The notes beneath the pieces were generated by a model. That model was not told where the DNA came from and did not search any database. It saw only the letters and a program-made list of their open reading frames with translations. 64,000 nt of DNA, from assembly GCF_018977255.1 (NCBI RefSeq), contig NW_024704743.1, positions 20,462,001 to 20,526,000 on the forward strand. Reading direction: 5' to 3'. Origin of the DNA: Callorhinchus milii. Taxonomy: Eukaryota. Position numbers and translations under genes: made by a program. This document shows positions 60,676 through 64,000 of this stretch, piece by piece (the first letter of the stretch is position 1; every line of letters begins with the position of its first letter).

Positions 60676-63600
60676 CATGCCAAAATTAAACAATTTGCAT
60701 TTTGATAGTCACACGAAATACCGTCCCTGAGTGCTGAAATATATGGTGTGTATGCGCTGTGTTCCCTGTGTAATGGGTAAGTGGGTAAATAATGGGTATA
60801 GCGTGTGAGTATAATCTATCTTTTAGGGGCAGAATTACTGTGCATACTTGCATTTGCACCACTGTCACAAATCAAGTGCATTGTACTTGCACAAACGTGT
60901 GCCTGTTTCTGGTCTTATGAATACCATTATATTTAAGACATGTCTTACGTTTGTGTGTGTGTGTATATATATATATACATATACACAGTGTTAGAGAACA
61001 TTGTGTACGATCACTATATGATGCCGGAGAACACATCTGCAATGTGTTCCAAAATTAGTTTTAAAATATACGTTTTGAGAACATGTCGCACTTGCAGTAT
61101 GTCTACTGAATGGCCAATTAAACCATTGAGAGATATGAGTTCCATGGTGGCAACTCATCATCAACGCAGCATTAAATTAATGTGCCATTCGGGGTACTCA
61201 AACTATAAAAAGCACTCGAGGTCTGATTGAAACCGATCTATTCGCTGTTCTGCGAATAGCTACAATATAAAGGGAATGTCACACTGCCTGCAGCATGGTA
61301 TTTGCACCTAAATATATAATGTATACTTTTAGTTGATGACTTTACAATTGAGTATCGAGGTGTAAATCCCATGGGGAATGGAAAGTTTGGTCTGTGGTGT
61401 GTAAGTGATTTCCCTGAATGTTTGGATGACCTGTGGATTGTATATACTCCACGTGGCTTGTTGTATTGTGTTTACACTTGCGATCTGTTTGTTTTATGAG
61501 TGTACCGGATATTTATGTCTCTGGGATGTACAATTTTAGGTTTATTGGATGGCACTGTCATTGAGCTCTGGTTATTCTTTATTAGCTCTCCTTTTTTTGT
61601 ATATGTTTATAAATTCCAATACCCTTAGTTTACTGTTTATTGTTGAAATGGGCCCATTGGGCAGGACTTGGGCATAATGATTGATTTCTTGTTTCTTTTT
61701 TCAGAAGACTTTAATATGCAAATGGGTATTTCAACAAATTCCTTACAAGTACAATACATGTTCTTTTAGATAACGTAACTGTGCGTTGTTTGAGCTAATA
61801 TGCATATTCTCAAATTCAGCCTTTGCCTATAGGATTACAGAATTTAGGCTCTGCTTTAGACTTGCCCAGAAAAATAGAGCGCAGATATGCTTTTAAAGCA
61901 TACTAGTTATATAATTAAATATAAACTTGCCATATCACCATGGGTAATGTCTTTAGGTGTGCATACATAATATACACATATACAGCCTCTCGCTCTCTCT
62001 CTCTCTCTCGCTCTCTCTATATATATTTATACACACACACAGGTATATACAGTGTCTGTTCTTAAGTTTTCTATTACAATCAAATTTATTTGAGAGGAAA
62101 TACTTTCAGAATTTTTGCCGTGGCAGTTTTCGTTGAAATTTGTACTGTCGTGTGCTTAAATCGCAGTGAGCACACACCATGGATGTACAGAGAGAAAATA
62201 GTTTATTAAAGTTATCTAATTATAGAACTTTGGCTCTGAAGCTGTTGAGTTATTACGTTTTGTTTTTAATAGACTCAAAAGCCATTGGATATCAACCCTG
62301 TCTCTATTTCCAACAACAACGATTGTGTGAAGACGCTACTTCATAACCTGGAGAAAACACCAGCTTTTAAAGCACGCTGTCCTTTTCTCTAAGGGCTTAA
62401 GCTGTTATTATTATTCATTCACTGGAGGTAATGAGTTCGCCCTCTCATTTCAATGTTACAGTCAATCTCGTGCATCACGTATCTATCTATCTTTAGGACT
62501 GACACAATCTCAGTTGCTATAGGAAACAGACAGTGCAACACGATGCCAATTGGAAACGATACAAACAATTAATGTGGTAACAGATGCTTTGCCACCCTTT
62601 AGGTTTACACGAAGTGTTAATTGCTTACATCGTGTCCGTGGGACCAGAATAAATCAATATATAAATACCATTTATTAGTGCTCAGTATCGTTTTGGTCAA
62701 TGATTCGACTCTCCAAATAAATTGAAGCAGTCAGATGTAGGAAGCAATGCCATCTCTTTAGCTCTGACATATTTAGATGTTTATTCATCCCAATCGTTAT
62801 TATAAGATCCGATTTTGCAGGTTCGAAATTCGTTCTGTTTGACTGATCTCTCCACTGTTTCACCACATCTTACTTACAAGGGAATTCTTCTCGGTCCGTT
62901 TGTAGATTTAGCCTCTCCTGAAGTTTCAGAAAGTAGTATTTGGTGGGCTGCCAAATAACTCTGCTATTCCTTTTGTGATTATTTGGTGAGGAGTATTTTA
63001 TTCCTTTCGCACATACAGCATTGAAGAAGCGCTCTATGGATTTTTATATTTTATGGTGATCTATGGATCACCGTTTGCATCTTATGCATACGATAACTTA
63101 CATTCATATACGTACATGAGGGAGAGAAGGGAATAGAGGGACATGGGAGGGGGGGTAGAGAGGGGGTGGGTGAGGCTCATGTTGAATATACACATGTGCA
63201 CAGACGAGTTGGGCGGAATGGACCGTTTCAGTTCTGTACAGTCTATGTGATGATTATAAGGGCTGATGCACCAAAAGGCGTTAAGCACAGACAGAGCACG
63301 TTTCACACTTTCTTGGGTGGACTTTGGCATCCATACACGTTAACCCTCGAGCTGAGAGCACCGCCGACATAAACAGAGCGATAGTCACCTGTGGTACCGT
63401 CTGTGAGGCTGTGTTAGTCTCCACAGCGACCAGTCGACCCCTCAGAACAGCAGCACACAGTCACTGCAATGCAAAACACACTGCCCGGTGGAATTTCAGG
63501 AACCCCTCCACATTGGGGATGTGTTTTTAATCCGGAAATTCTCAGACTCTAAAGTTGACAAAACAAAACCTTCGCCACAGTAACAGGGGATTAGGTTATA

Positions 63601-63779
63601 AATGCAACAGTCTCTGCTCTACTCACACCCCTTCCTCCAGCAGTTCGGATTGCCGCCTCTCCTTCAATTCACATGGAGTTTCCTGACAAGTGGTAAAGTC
63701 ATAATTGACTGCAGGTCAGAAACCTAAATCATTTCAGCTATTTCTTTTCTAAGTGCAGTGAAATGCAAGTAGCATATGA

Positions 63780-63945
63780 ATGAATGTAAGTTGTTGCATG
63801 CATACGTAATTGGATGGATATACAAAAGATATATGTATTTCTCCCACAAAATAGTCAATGCACTTTACAGTATATTCTGTGAAGCTCTTTGAGACGTCTC
63901 AAAGATATGATAAGACATTATATCAAATGCAAGGATTGTGATATT
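63780..63945 (+). mobile_element. SINE 3' fragment
   Basis: cactttacagtatattctgtgaagctctttgagacgtctc...tatcaaatgcaaggatt. Confidence 0.8.
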
Positions 63946-64000
63946 ATTTTAATATATAGATATAAAACAAGACGCAAATGCTAGAAATCAGAAATAAAAC

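Noticed and set aside
1..64000. CRISPR array, operon or other prokaryotic defence system
   Set aside because: The sequence is spliced vertebrate DNA. The recurring ~50 bp motifs are dispersed retroposon tails, not regularly spaced direct repeats with unique spacers.

Overview
Eukaryotic (vertebrate) genomic DNA, most likely a cartilaginous fish such as a chimaera or shark, inferred from the Deu-domain tRNA SINEs and L2/CR1 LINE fragments. The only protein-coding gene I can support is SPAG6 (sperm-associated antigen 6, PF16 orthologue, armadillo-repeat axonemal central-pair protein) on the + strand. Nine coding exons (3305-53371, 1406 nt) have GT-AG junctions and consistent phases, and run from GVMSLLRP to ...VENYQPIP-stop. 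The first ~40 codons lie upstream of the window. The introns are full of L2-clade LINE fragments, several tRNA-derived SINE families, CR1 3' ends and one Tc1/mariner-type MITE. The last ~9.5 kb is repeat-poor and relatively CpG-rich, with no recognisable gene. I found no prokaryotic-type system, CRISPR array or intact RNA gene. The most interesting observations are: a five-copy poly(A)-ended element with a conserved subterminal hairpin that I cannot classify; a covarying 3' stem-loop shared by three retroposon families, which also occurs as tail-only insertions; a ~120 bp direct repeat bracketing the last SPAG6 coding exon; and the downstream putative regulatory domain. Exon coordinates were read to the base. 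Repeat boundaries are approximate (tens of bp), and exon numbering follows my recollection of the human gene.
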